Shown piece after piece: positions 26,965-42,667 of a DNA stretch of 64,000 nucleotides. This DNA is from Octopus vulgaris (taxonomy: Eukaryota). Positions within the stretch are counted from its first letter, which is position 1, and each line of letters opens with the position of its first letter. The notes under the pieces are model-generated. The model was given only the letters and a program-made list of their open reading frames with translations, was not told the DNA's origin and searched no databases. The stretch is from the NCBI GenBank assembly GCA_951406725.2, contig OX597821.1, forward strand, positions 108,314,001-108,378,000, read 5' to 3'. The translations under genes and the position numbers were made by a program.

Positions 26965-27352
26965 TGATTGTGGTGGTGGTGATGGTGGTGATAGTGGCTT
27001 TGGTGGTAGAGTCTTTGGTGGCGGTAGGGATGGTAATGGTGGTGGTGGTGGTGGTGGTGGTAGTGATGGTAGTGGTGGTAGTGGTGGTGTTGGTGGTAGT
27101 GATAGTGGTGGCCGTCGTGATGGTAGTGGTGGTGGTAGTTTTGGTGGTGGTTATGATGGTAGTGGTGGTGGTGATGTTAGTGGCGGTAGTGGTGGTGGTG
27201 GTGGTAGTGATGGTAGTGGTGGTAGTGGTGGTGTTGGTGGTAGTGATAGTGGTGGCCGTCGTGATGGTAGTGGTGGTGGTAGTTTTGGTGGTGGTTATGA
27301 TGGTAGTGGTGGTGGTGATGTTAGTGGCGGTAGTGGTGGTGGTGGTGGTAGT
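26965..27352. repeat. (GGT/AGT)n array with a ~147-bp exact internal duplication
   Basis: GTGATAGTGGTGGCCGTCGTGATGGTAG..TTATGATGG..TTAGTGGCGG repeated twice. Confidence 0.9.
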
Positions 27353-27637
27353 ACTGGAGTCATTGGTTCTAGAGGGCTGAACGATTGACTGAAAGAAAGA
27401 GTAAAAGAGAGAGAGAGACAGTCAGTTAGAGACAGAGAGAGAATAAAATACAATCAACAACTACCGCACCAACAACAAAAATAACAACAAAAGCAACAGT
27501 GACAACAAGAGTATCGAACGTCGACAGCAACAACAGCAACATCAAAATCAACAGTGATATGTAGAACAATGACATTAGAGAGAACAACTACAACAATAAC
27601 CAACCACCACAAAAGTAACAATAAAAACAACAACAAC

Positions 27638-27693
<56 letters not shown>

Positions 27694-27742
27694 GTAATAA
27701 TAATAATAATAAATAATAATAATAATAATAATAATAATAGTA

Positions 27743-27780
<38 letters not shown>

Positions 27781-27816
27781 TGTAAAACAATAATACAACA
27801 ATAATAATGATAATAA

Positions 27817-27847
<31 letters not shown>

Positions 27848-27896
27848 AGCCTTATAATAATAGATGCCAGCAAAAATAATGAAAAAAATAATAAAA

Positions 27897-27965
<69 letters not shown>

Positions 27966-28230
27966 GTGAAAAGAAAAAACCGTGTTGGTTTTTAAATAAA
28001 GGCAACATATTGCAACAGAATTTCGTTCCGTGTTGGTTTTTAAGGCAACATATTGCAGCAGAATGTTGTCGGCTTTGCCTGTGACTGCTACCCTCTCTGG
28101 AGTCACAACAACCACAGCACAACCCCAAGGAACGCAACCTAGTTTCCTTTCTCATTTCCAATAGCAACACTAGAAAATCACTCTCAAAATTAAAACTAGT
28201 TCTGTGAATATCTCCGGCGTTATTCGAGTC

Positions 28231-28421
28231 TTAGGAATAACTATTTGGTCTGGCACTCTTTCTGTTTCCAGTTGGCTGGTTTTTTGGTAAGCTCGGTTGG
28301 TCATAGCTTGTTATCGTAGCTTCGGACTGGCTTTTGTTCTTTCCCTTTAGGGGTTTGCGACCCGTGCGTGGTTGGATAAGTGGCGCTGGTGTATGGTTGG
28401 GAATGGTATTGCTGGGATCCT
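28231..28421 (-). CDS. Candidate 3'-terminal coding exon of an unidentified minus-strand gene
   Basis: Strong acceptor TTACTGATATTTTCCATCTCCACAG| (branch-like CTGAT, pyrimidine tract) followed by complex, GC-balanced sequence. Phase-1 frame: DPSNTIPNHTPAPLIQPRTGRKPLKGKNKSQSEATITSYDQPSLPKNQPTGNRKSARPNSYS*. Phase-2 frame also open: GSQQYHSQPYTSATYPTTHGSQTPKGKEQKPVRSYDNKL*. No family recognised. Confidence 0.45.
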
Positions 28422-28683
28422 CTGTGGAGATGGAAAATATCAGTAATAAACGTACTTCAAACGCCGAACAAGATGGTGGCTTCCGCGTTGGCGTCGCCGG
28501 CACCGTCGACACTGTCGTCAGCGTAATTGTCATCGTCGTCGTCGTCATCGTCGTCGTCGTCGTCATTGTTATCGCCAACGCCCTTCGTCATCATCGTCAT
28601 CGCCAAAGTACGTTGGACTTGAAACCAGAATGCGAAAACTGAAAATTCAAGCAGCAAATACGAAGATAACGACAGTGAGAACA

Positions 28684-28749
<66 letters not shown>

Positions 28750-28780
28750 TCGATGATGGTGGTGGTGATGATGATGATGC

Positions 28781-28833
<53 letters not shown>

Positions 28834-28840
28834 GTGATGG

Positions 28841-28892
<52 letters not shown>

Positions 28893-28912
28893 GATGGTGA
28901 TGGTGATGGTGG

Positions 28913-28947
<35 letters not shown>

Positions 28948-28954
28948 GTGGTGG

Positions 28955-29012
<58 letters not shown>

Positions 29013-29014
29013 GG

Positions 29015-29056
<42 letters not shown>
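28684..29056. repeat. (ATG/GTG)n microsatellite
   Basis: Direct reading; gives the poly-His/Met ORFs. Confidence 0.95.
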
Positions 29057-29490
29057 GAATCTAAACTGTCCGACGAACGGGAACGTGAACCTCTGAGTAA
29101 CAGTTTTTGTGATGTTTTTGCCATTTTTTATGTATCAATATAACTTTATATCGAAATGTCTATGTCAATATACACTGACACATATACATATGTAGGTGTG
29201 TATATATATACCTATATATATACATAGATGAATATATTCATGCGTGTGTGTGTGTGTGTGTATACAGACTACACTAAAAACCGAAAGATGAAAGTTGTTT
29301 TAAGAAAACAAAAGCGCATTGACTTTTTTGCAGAATATCAGAGTTTTCACCAATTCCTGGCAGCATATTGTCAACATCTGCTTTGTGTCTCTCGTTTCTT
29401 TGATTATCTGACTGGGTTGATCTCAAATTTTATTAGAAAATTTCATTATTGAATATTGAATACCATGCCAGAGATAAACACACAGACTCA

Positions 29491-29563
<73 letters not shown>

Positions 29564-29700
29564 ATCCGTGCACACATATTTTATGTGTTTATGTATATCC
29601 AGATATATAGATATAGATACAGATGTATATTTATATATGTATGTGTATGACTAGAGGATGTGTTAGCAATATAGTGATACATATATATATATACTGATAT

Positions 29701-29752
<52 letters not shown>

Positions 29753-30009
29753 TGATATATACATATAAATTAATAAAAATAAAGTTTGTTTTGGTAGGCA
29801 AAAGTTAATATTAATTTTAAATTTTTGAAATTTTTTAATAATTCTCTATATATTTTTTTCTCTCTAATCAATTGTATTATATTTCTGATCTAATCTATTA
29901 TACCTATAATCGTTAAAAAAACTATAATCGAAAATTATTATTGATCTCTAACCGTCTAGTTTACATGTTTTTACTTCCATTTAACTGTTTTCAGAGCTGC
30001 TTATATAAT

Positions 30010-30062
30010 AACGATGCTGGTGGTGGTGGTGATGTCGATGATGATGATGATAATAATAATGA

Positions 30063-30112
<50 letters not shown>

Positions 30113-30124
30113 ATAATAATAATG

Positions 30125-30176
<52 letters not shown>

Positions 30177-30283
30177 CAAGAACAAAGAGGAGGTAAAGAA
30201 GAAGAATGAGGAGGAAAGGAGAAGGAAGAGAAGTTGTAGTAGTAGTAGTGATGGTGGTGGTGCTGGTGGTAGCAGTAGTAGTG

Positions 30284-30319
<36 letters not shown>

Positions 30320-30575
30320 AAAGAAGAAGAAGGAGAAGAAGAAAAAGAAGAAGAAGAAAAAGAATAAGAAAATAAGAAAAATGAGGAGGGAGGGAGGAGA
30401 AGGAAGAGAAATAATAGAAGAAAAAGAAGAATGAGAAGGAGGGGAAGAGAAAGAAGAAGAGAAGTAATAGTAGTAGTTGTAGCAGCAGTAGTAGTAGTAG
30501 TAGTAGAAGAAGAAGAAGAATATTCTTCTTCTTCCTCCTCCCCCTCCTCCTCGTCGTCGTTCTTAGCAGCAGCAG
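30010..30575. repeat. Compound trinucleotide low-complexity block
   Basis: GGT/GAT/ACT/AAT/AGT/AAG runs. Confidence 0.9.
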
Positions 30576-30896
30576 CACGAATGTCTACTTCATTATTATC
30601 ATTTTTTATTTCAATTGCCTCTTCTTTTATTAGTACCCTCCTTTGGGGTTTGAATTGATAACCCCCAACGCCCCGCCCCCGTGAGTTTTCCTGAGATAAA
30701 ACTCTCCGATATCGATAAGTAAACCAATATATCGATATTTCGGAACGATCTGCAGCCCTATTGATTTACGAAATATTTACTCAGTTCTGGGGCCAATAAC
30801 TTGGTCATGGTCCCATATACATAAATAAGTACGAATCTCGGCCCTTGTGCAGGAGCATCACATCTGTTTGCATTTAATTGTCTAACAGCTTAAGGC

Positions 30897-31322
30897 AGTC
30901 AGCAGGCAGAATAGGTGTAGGCCGGATAAAATGCTCAAGGGTATTTCGTCCGTTTTTATGTTCTGAGTTCAAATTCCGCTGTGATCGACTTTACGTTTTA
31001 TCCTTCAAGGGTCGATTAAATAAATACCTATTTCTTTACTACCCACAGGGGGCTAAACACAGAGAGGACAAACAAGGACAGACAAACGGATTAAGTCGAT
31101 TATATCGACCCCAGTGCGTAACTGGCACTTATCTAATCGACCCCGAAAGGATCAAAGGCAAAGTCGACCTCGGCGGAATTTGAACTCAGAACGTAACGAC
31201 AGACGAAATACCGCTAAACATTTCGCCCGGCGTGCTAACGTTTCTGCCAGCTCGCCGCCCTTAAATAAATACCAGTTGGGTAGTGATATTAATGGAATCG
31301 ATTTGCCCCGTCCTTCAAAATA
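30897..31322. mobile_element. Older SINE-A (+) with a younger SINE-A (-, about 31029-31260) nested in it
   Basis: Duplicated TTAAATAAATACC on both sides of the reverse copy; the host copy resumes at 31261. Confidence 0.85.
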
Positions 31323-31340
31323 GCTTAGTCAGAAAAGTGT

Positions 31341-31667
31341 AGGTGTGTGGCTGTAGTGGTTGGGCTATTCATCCTACGATTGTAAGGTCAGGAGTTCGAT
31401 TCGTTTCCCGGCGGCGCGATGTGTCTTTGAGTAAGAGGCTTATTACTCGTTGCTTCAGTTCACTAAAAGGGCAAAAATGAGTTGAACCCGTCTTTCAAAA
31501 GGCCTGCCTTGTCACATGCAGTGTTAAGCAGAGTCTCCATGAGAACGTCGTTAAGGATACGCGTGTCTGTGAAGCGCTCAGCCACCTGTATATTAATTTT
31601 ACGAGCAGAGATTTCGGTTCATTGGATCAACTAGACCAATCATCGCCGTTACCGTTGGAGAACCAGT
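31341..31667 (+). mobile_element. SINE family D, diverged
   Basis: TGGCTGTAGTGGTTGGG..GGAGTTCGATTC..GCCTTGTCACA..GAGAAC..GTGTCTGTG..CTCAGCCAC..GGATCAACT. Confidence 0.75.
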
Positions 31668-32089
31668 AGAAGTCAGCAAAGATCGTTCATTGATCATCTT
31701 TTAGTAAGGCTCTTTTAGGTCTGCTTAGGGTGAAACGAATGATGGAATGAGATGCTTGGGCGCAGCTGTGGGGTCGCTGACGAGTTGGCACGGCTGATTG
31801 GGCATTCCAATGGTTTGGGCGACATTTTTGTTTAAGAAATAGAGGTAAACACACATGCACACAGATATAAACATACAAATATACGCATGCGCATACACAC
31901 ATGTATATGCACTTAAATGAGGGAGAAAGAGAAGAAAGAAGAGAAAGAGGAAGAGAGAGAGAGACTGAAAGGGAGGAAGAGAGAGAGAGAGAGAGAGGAG
32001 AGGAGAGAAAGAGACAATAGCTTTGAAAGCACAATGGTAAATTTTGGCAATGATATTCATGTAGAAATAGCAGCCTTGTGCGTGCGAGC

Positions 32090-32410
32090 GTGGTGTGTGC
32101 ACGTGTGTGAATGTGTGTGTATGTGTGTGCAAGTGTGTGTATGCATGTGTGTACAAGTGTGTGTATGCATGTGTGTGCAAGTGTGTGTATGTGCGTGTGA
32201 TTATCTGCAGCCAATCGTTAGAAGACAGATTTGCACTTTTATTTGTCTATTTCAATCTCAACGCTTTTCTCCGAACATTGCTTTGCTATACTTGATGTAA
32301 TGCATACTTTAGAATACAAACACACACACACACACACACACACAAGCACGTACGCACACACACAAGCATGCACGCACACACACACAAGCACACACACACA
32401 CAAGCATGCA

Positions 32411-32446
<36 letters not shown>

Positions 32447-32702
32447 TGCACAAACACACAGGTACGCACGCACACACATACATACGCGCACGCAAGCACA
32501 CACACTCACACGCACGCGTAAACACATACACATGCATGCATGCGCTCAAACACACACACGCATGCATGCAGACACACACACACACGCACACGTACACACA
32601 CACAGTCATGCACACACACACACAGGCACACACACACACGCACGAACACACCTGCGCACACAAACACTCACACACGCACACACACACACATACACACACA
32701 CG
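32090..32702. repeat. (TG)n then (CA/CG)n degenerate microsatellites
   Basis: Direct reading. Confidence 0.9.
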
Positions 32703-32837
32703 TCTTTTCTTCTTCACGATGTGATGTTGCTACAGTTGTTCACTCGTTGGCAATGTCGCTTCTCTACTGATGTCATCTCAGATCAATTAGACATTTCCAA
32801 CAATACGTTTTGCTTTTTAAAGCACACACACACATAC

Positions 32838-32868
<31 letters not shown>

Positions 32869-33569
32869 TGTATGTATGTATTATTGCATTTTGTTTCTTA
32901 TAATTATCTTTCAAATCGCTTTAGTATCATAAGTCTTGATCTCCGGATTAATCTCCTGCCAACCGCTTCCCGTATTTCGATCAGTAATCACATTATCTCG
33001 ACTAGAAAGACATTCTTTTTTTTCAGAAGACATCTTATTATGTGAAAAATAAAAGAAAGAAAAACAAAGAAAAATAATGATGATGATGATGACGATGATG
33101 ATGATGATGATGCTAATGATGATGATGATAACAATAATGATAATAATAATAATAAGCAGGATAGCTAAAATAAATAGAAAAGAAATATAATGAGAACATT
33201 TTAAAGAAGCGAATTGTAATAACAACAAATGTGCAAAGAATTCCATTCTGTTTCCTTCCAAAAGGATATGTAAAACAAATCTGTTTCATTAATTAGAGTT
33301 ATATTTAAGTTCCCAGATTGTCGTATGTCAATCAGATAAGATGGCGTCTGTTTTTACTCGTTTTCTTTGTTACAATATAGAACAATGCACTGAAATGACT
33401 AAGTAAGCATCTTCACATACCTTCTAATAACAGATAATGTGACACTCCCAGCTTCGTGTAACATTTGTAAGGTATTTATCATTGGAAACAAAATGGCGGT
33501 AGTGTTGAATTGCCACAGAGAAATTAATGACGCTTAAAGTTTTTTTTAAATAAATGAAATATTGCGCAG

Positions 33570-34620
33570 ATATTGCTGTGTGGTCGAGAAGCTAACTTTG
33601 CAATCACGCAGGTTTGGTTTCAGTTCCACTGCGCAGCGCCCCGTGGAAGTGTTTTCCTAATGCTGGTTTTTGGTGTATTTTTAAAATCAGTTTTTATGAC
33701 AGCGCTTGAAGGCGGCAGGCTGGCAGAGTCGTTAGCGCGCCGGACAAATCATTTTGTCCGACACGCGGAAGATTCTACAAGCTCCCGGTCGTGTTACTTA
33801 TTGGTTTCAAAATTTGGGAATGGGTAATCCGATGACATCGACCCCAGTGATCAGCTGGTACTTAATTTATTGGCGAGGTCGATACCGGCGGTATTTGAAG
33901 TGAGAACGTAAAACAGGAAGAAATCCCTCTAAGCGTCTTGTCAGGCACAGTATTTCTTTTCCAACTGATATTCCGTCGGCTACGACGGCAATTGTTTCAC
34001 TTAATGTGAAAGTGGCTGAGTGCTCCACAGATACACGTACGCCTAACGTAGTTCTCAGGGGGCTTCAGCGTGATACAGTTTGTGATAAGGATGACTCTTC
34101 AAATTACACATAACAAACATTATTGTTGAGTCAATGGCAGCAACGTGAAATAAAGTGTCTTGCTGAAGGACAAAACTCGCTCCCAGGTATTGAATTCATT
34201 ATCGCGAACTGAGTACGCTACCCATAAGCCACACACCTTCGTTACTTATTAATATCAAGTTATTGACTAACTGAAAAGAAAAAGATCAACAGAAGCGGTA
34301 ATAACCAGTTAATTACGTTGGAGGGTTTCGAATTAGATCTTCATGCAATTGAAATCCACTGCATTTATATATTTAATATTCGTTTGTGATTATAAGCCTG
34401 CGAGCTGACAGAATCGGTAACACGCCAGGTAAATGCTTGACGGCATTCCGTCCGTCCTCACGCTCTGAGTTCAAGTTCCGCCGTGGTCAATTTTACCTTT
34501 TCATTCTTTCGAGGCCGATAAAATAGTAATCATTTGAGCACTGGGGTGGATGTAATCGACTTACTACTCCCTCCCCCATCCGAAATTGCTGACATTATGA
34601 CAAAATTTGAAACCAATATT
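33570..34620. mobile_element. Cluster of diverged SINE fragments (B head, A pieces on both strands, D at about 33963-34240 minus, A at about 34400-34620 plus)
   Basis: Family-diagnostic motifs recognisable, e.g. GTGGCTGAGTGCTCCACAGATACACG (D) and CTGAGTTCAAGTTCCGCCG (A). Confidence 0.7.
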
Positions 34621-34937
34621 CGTTCGTGATTAGAAGAGAGAAATGTATTATTCAATGTGGTGCGTTTCCTTTCCATATTTTATTCACGACCACCAACCTC
34701 CATCAGGTGACAATAGATTTGTGGCTATAATAGTAGTGAAAGGACGTCAATGCAAGAATAAGTTGCAAAGAATTTTTATCATTCAAACAAGTCAATTGCA
34801 TGGAATGTGAGGTTTAAAACTTCAATAGCGGTGAGTTCGGAATTAATATGGCAGATTTTTAGTTGCACGAAATAGAAAAATAGGAAAAGAAAAAACAAAA
34901 TAGGAACAAAGAAGCGAAGAAAAAAACGACGAAAGAA

Positions 34938-35012
<75 letters not shown>

Positions 35013-35166
35013 GGTGAGAGAGAGAAAGGGAGAAAGTCATCAAAGATTGAAAACCGTTGTAGAGAGAAAAAGAAATAGAAGGAGAAAGAGAGAGAGAGAG
35101 AGATAACGATAAAAAGACGCAACACAGAAAGAAATGAGCTAAAGAAAAAAAAAACAAGGATAAGAA

Positions 35167-35224
<58 letters not shown>

Positions 35225-35374
35225 TAAGGAGAGAGAGATATTAGTGAGAGACACAGAGAGAAAGAGAAAGAATGAGGGAGGGACGGAGCGAACGAAAGAA
35301 AAAAAAAAAGCAGAGAAGAAAATGGCTGACTTTCTGACAAAGACGTTTATTTTTATTATTATTTTTATTTTTAC

Positions 35375-35409
<35 letters not shown>

Positions 35410-35662
35410 GTTTTTGGTTCTTTTCGAATGTGATTAGAGGCCCACCATGAGGTCTTTGAGAAAGTGATAGTGCCATCATGTCTCATTTGTACAGGAAGAA
35501 GAAAGTCACGAAGAGAAAAAAATGTAGTTTTGTGTTGCAAAACGGTTTGCCCCGAGGCGAAAACATCAATTCTCTCTCTCTCTCACACACACACACACAT
35601 ACGCATATATATGTGTGTGTGTGCGTATGTGCGTGTGCGTGTGAGTGTTTGTGTTTATATGT

Positions 35663-35934
<272 letters not shown>

Positions 35935-36113
35935 GGTGGAGTATTTAGGTGAGGGAGTAGTGGATGTGCTAACAAGAAAAACGGTAAAAAAAAAAAATTT
36001 ACATTTTTAAGTTAAACTGTCAAATCCCGAATAGAAAATAACGTAAAAAAAATACTATAAACAGAAATTTTGCATAAATTCGTTTAAAGAAATAAATACA
36101 TTATTCACAAAAG

Positions 36114-36225
<112 letters not shown>

Positions 36226-36501
36226 GGATAGTGGTTGCGTGGTGGTTGCGTTGTGGTGGTGGTGGTGGTGTTATTTGATATGAATGATGAGACCTGGTTC
36301 GAACCGACTGCTTGGTACCTGGGGCATAAATTCTCTAACCGTAGCCCGCGAGTTGAACAATGTCTTGTGTATGGGATCTAGTTTGATGGCAACTGTGCGG
36401 AATCCCATCCATTACACACACGCACGCACACACACACATGCTCACATATTTTTTCGCTGGATTCATCCAGGGCCTATGCCCATCATGCGATACATACATG
36501 C

Positions 36502-36562
<61 letters not shown>

Positions 36563-37597
36563 TGTATTATGTATGTGTGTGTGTATTCAGGCTCATACAA
36601 ATACGTGCGAACACCACTCAATATATATATTGAGCGGTGTGTGTATCTACACCTTTAAACTAGGAATAATTTAGAAGTGAACTCTATAATTAGATTGATC
36701 AAATGTCTAACATATTGATTACTTGTAGTTCACCTCAGCATCTCATGAGTTCAAGTTCCATATCCTAAGGGGATCTTCATGAAATCCTTAATCATTCAAA
36801 ACCGTTTGCAGTTCCGGATGAGAACTGCTAACCTATTCACAGACATGTCTGTGTATTTACATCGAATTATTTCACTTTACGTCAAAGTGTAACCAACAGA
36901 TTTGTTAACTAGAAAAAGGTTTAGAATAATTATTATAGTTTCCACCGAGACACCTGATTACAGTGTTTGTCATATCTGCAATTTTCCAGCTGATACCAGT
37001 GATATAAGTAAAGAACGAAGACGTTCTTATGTGAAATATAGCAATTTTTGTAATGAAAATCGAAGTAGATAAAGCTATATTTTGTTGTTTCTACTTTATC
37101 ACAAAACGCACAAATTTTGGTGGGAAAGGGTTTAGTCGATTACATCGAGCTTTTTGACCCCGAAAAGATGACAGGAAACGTCTACCTCGTTGGAATCTGA
37201 AGAAATGCGCCTTGCGTTTGTAAATCTATAACTAACATTGAATAGCATAAAAAAAATTTTTTTAAAAGTGAAGTAAATCGAATAAAGCTGCCCTTTGTAC
37301 TCGAACCTACATCTACTGAAAACATAACAGATGTTCCAAACACTATAGCAAAGAAACACTTCGAAATATCGGCTTTGATTTTAGACTCTGTTTTTATCAG
37401 CGCAGATTTTTATGTTATTTACATCGATGCATTAGTATAATAGTTAGAAAGACTCAGGAAACGTGGGTTCACGTGCCATGGCCAACATTCGACATTTTTC
37501 CCATCCCGTTGGGATTTTATGCCAATACTATTCACGCTATTATTTATAGCTCTACATACTTCGAATTACATCTTTAAAAATCATTTATTTCACATGG

Positions 37598-37876
37598 CTC
37601 ACAGCTTTAAAATTCTTATTATATACACATCTTAAAATGCTCATTTGTAACAAATCTTTCAAATGGACACAAGAGACACAGAGAAAGGCAGAAACAAGGA
37701 AAATGCCACTTATATTTGAACACTATACAAATGTTCTTTAAAAAAAAACTTATCTTTTAATTTTTCTAAATTTAATTATTTAATCGTTACAGTTGAAAAG
37801 GTCTCACAGCTTTAAAATTCTTATTATATACACATCTTAAAATGCTCATTTGTAACAAATCTTTCAAATGGACACA
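37598..37876 (+). mobile_element. Penelope-like pLTR fragment, truncated inside its hammerhead, bracketed by a ~73-bp exact direct duplication
   Basis: CTCACAGCTTTAAAATTCTT...AAATGGACACA at about 37598-37670 and 37803-37876; the intervening sequence is homologous to 50503-50609 and ends CAGTTGAAAAGGTCTCA. Confidence 0.65.
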
Positions 37877-37904
37877 GAGCATTTGAAGTAAAAACTTACC
37901 TTAG

Positions 37905-38290
37905 GGGTGGAACTTTGACACTGACAAAGAAACTCATTCAGCTGGTGGATGGGTGCTACACAAGAATGCTGAGGATGGCTCTAAATATAAATCAGTATAC
38001 ACTGAGGATGAAGAACACAAAGCTGTACTAGAGCCTGCCAAAAGTTTGGTCCTAAAGAACAGAGGAGACAGAGGTTAACCGGACATGGACACCGTCATTC
38101 AGAGTTGATACTGCATTAAGTGCTCCTGTGGGAACCCCTACATGGACACACAAAAGGAGGGAGAGCAAGGATGACATATATTGATGCCCTAAGGACACAT
38201 ACTGGTCTCTGAGAAACACAGGACATGGCAGCAATGATGAAGGACAAAGACCGCTGGAGAGAACTCGTCTATGGCTCTCAGGAATTTTAC
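37905..38290 (+). mobile_element. RTE-clade LINE 3' fragment, pseudogenised
   Basis: Translates as LTKKLIQLVDGCYTRMLRMALNI..KNTKLY*SLPKV..RRRQRLTGH..VLLWEPLHG..GRARMTYID..DKDRWR with stops and a frameshift; followed by (GATA)n. Confidence 0.8.
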
Positions 38291-38308
38291 CTGCCGTAAA
38301 TAGACAGG

Positions 38309-38346
<38 letters not shown>

Positions 38347-38347
38347 T

Positions 38348-38439
<92 letters not shown>

Positions 38440-38680
38440 TGGTGTGATGTCAGTCTTGTTCCCAGATATTCTGTGTTCGAGTAACTTTTGATATTTTACT
38501 TCCAAGAGATTTTCTTATCGAAATCTTCTACACTCTATTTTCTTTACGTTCTGAGTTCAAATGCCACCGAGGTTGACTTTGTCTTCCTCTTTTTGAGGTC
38601 GAGAATTTAAGTGCCTGACCTTCTCCCCACAAAATTTCGAGACTTGTGCCGAGAGTAGAAAAGAATATTCTACACTATAC

Positions 38681-38842
38681 GTGCAGGAGTGGCTGAGTGG
38701 TAAGTAGCTTGCTTACCAGCCATATGGTTCCGGGTTTAGTCCCACTGCGTGACACCTTGGGAAAGTGTCTTCTACTATAGCCTTAGGCCGACCAAAGTCT
38801 TGTGAGTGGATCTGGTAGACGGAAACTGAAAGAAACCACGTC

Positions 38843-38887
<45 letters not shown>

Positions 38888-39148
38888 TATATATGTATAT
38901 ATATGTATATGTATGTGTGTGTGTGTGTCTGCGTGTGTGTGTTTGTCCCCCCACCATCACTTGACAACCGATGCTGGTGTGTTTACGTCCTCGTAACTTA
39001 GCAGTTCGGCAAAGAGACCGATACGATAAGTACAGGACTTATTAAAAAGAATGAGTCCTGGGGTCGATTTGTTCGACTAAAGGCGGTGCTGCCGCATGGC
39101 CGCAGTTAAATGACTGAATCAAGTAAAAGGATAAAAGAATAAAAGAAA
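38681..39148 (+). mobile_element. SINE family B, full length
   Basis: Colinear with 13607-14009. Confidence 0.9.
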
Positions 39149-39161
39149 ATATTTCATCTTC

Positions 39162-39690
39162 GGTGGCGCGCTGGCCGAATCGTTAGCACACCGGACAAAA
39201 AATGCTTAACGACATTACGTCTGTCTTTAAGTTCTGAGTTCAAATTCTGCTGAGGTCGAAATTGCTTTTTAACCTTTTGGTGTCGATAAAATTAAAATGT
39301 TGAAGTGAATCGAACGGTTTTTGTGTGTTTCTTAAATGGCTTATAAACACCTTCCACGCTGCAATTGTTTTTTGTTCCAGCACACGATCTCAGATCAGGT
39401 CACTTGCTATGCAAGTACATCTCCGTAATATATATATATATTACATTATACAGATATACATATTAATGTATGTATATTAATGATTTCAAATTTGGGCACA
39501 AGGCCAACAATATCGGGAGAGGGAATACGTCGAGTACATCGATCCTAGTACTCAGCTGGTGCTTATTTTATCGACCTCCAGATGATGAAACCAAAGTTGA
39601 ACTCGGCAGAATTTGAACTCCGAGCGTAAAAGCAGACGAAATGCCCGTATGCATTTTGCCCTGCGTGGTAACGATGCTGCTCGTTTGCAG
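39162..39690. mobile_element. Diverged SINE-A copies (+ at about 39162-39290; - at about 39485-39690)
   Basis: GTTCTGAGTTCAAATTC on + and GAATTTGAACTC on the reverse copy. Confidence 0.7.
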
Positions 39691-40423
39691 CTATAACGAC
39701 ATGTAGCCACACGTTTAACTATTACCTATTTTTATCGACAAAGTATTTGTCGACTCGAGGCTATGGTGGAATACACTACTCCAATGTGCCGCGCAGTGGT
39801 ATTGAACCTAAAGTCCACATGGATACAATGCAGGCGTTTTTTACTGAACTACTAATAAGAAGAAAATGTGCATTTTTTCTCGCTTATTTGTAAATTATAT
39901 CCGCTTACTTGCTATCTACACCCTCGAAAGTGCACCTCATTTACATTTGAATAAAAATATGCATTTTTTTACGATGTTATGAGTGGAAAAATCTGGGTGG
40001 TGCACTAAATTGCAGATGTACCGCAACAACCACATGTAGTTTGTTTTTACCCCTGACCACCACCACCATCACTACAATCTACTTCTTACAACGCTTTACC
40101 TCATAACTCCATACACGTCGCATATACAACCATAGAAATATATACACACCCTCAGATACTACGTACTCGTTTGTTATCATTACTAATTATAAGAAAAACC
40201 AACAGATTTATTCAGCATTAAAACTAACGACGAATTACCTCTCAAAATATTGCTCTAAATTCTTTGGTGTTTTTCTTGGTGAATCAAAGCAGCAGGGAAC
40301 CCTGTCTCTATTAACTCTTTAACATGTTTCAGAACCACGCTGGAATTGGTACTTATTTGTGTAGATTTTGGTGTGTCTATTTCTGCCTCTGTCTGCGTGT
40401 GTGTATGTCTGTATGTGTGGTGA

Positions 40424-40572
<149 letters not shown>

Positions 40573-40637
40573 GTTTAAATATTTGTTGTGCAAGATTTTT
40601 TATTGGCTAAACTGGCAATATGACCATTCCGAAATAT

Positions 40638-40697
<60 letters not shown>

Positions 40698-40912
40698 AGG
40701 AAATATATATTTCAACAGTATACATACTTACATACATGCATTCATGCATGGATGCATGCATGCATACATACATACCTACTTCCATCCATCCAACCATCCA
40801 TCCATCCATCCATCCATCCATCCATCCATCCATCCGTACACATTTCTCCATCCGTACACATTTACACATACATATTAAGGTGCGAAATTGTTAACCACAG
40901 TATTCCCTACTT

Positions 40913-42300
<1,388 letters not shown>

Positions 42301-42531
42301 CTATCTATAGGAAAACCAGACACGAATTAATGACTAACTTGGGACCATCTACTCAGTATACTGTGTACTTTACAGCCGGAGACATGCCACATCCTGCATT
42401 ATCATGCATTGTTATGAACGTTATACATTGCTGCCGTGCACGTCACACGTTATGGAGACGCGTCATGCAACGCAGTTTCGTGTTTGAGTTAATTAGATTC
42501 CAAGCTCTTTGTTTGCAATTTAACGGCTCAC

Positions 42532-42594
42532 CTAAAATGTACCATGGAGATGGATCCGCGTTAATAATCGATGGTTAAGGAAACCTGAAATTAT
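42532..42594 (-). other. Candidate small exon (5' UTR or start-codon exon)
   Basis: Minus strand CTTTCTATTTCTGTTTTGCAG|...CTCCATGGTACATTTTAG|GTGAGC; tandem acceptors 10 nt apart; through-frames are closed, but ccATGG gives M-V-H-F before the donor. Confidence 0.3.
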
Positions 42595-42633
42595 CTGCAA
42601 AACAGAAATAGAAAGCACTGCGCCCACATTTAT

Positions 42634-42667
<34 letters not shown>

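Noticed and set aside
28597-29124. Poly-His protein MAKTSQK...HHHH
   Set aside because: (CAT)n microsatellite.
30705-30760. hAT-like terminus (ATCGATA repeats ending CAGCCCTA)
   Set aside because: Only one end seen; no matching TIR or TSD.
32911-33040. Short minus-strand ORF MSSEKKECL...
   Set aside because: About 40 aa, no homology recognised and no clear splice sites.
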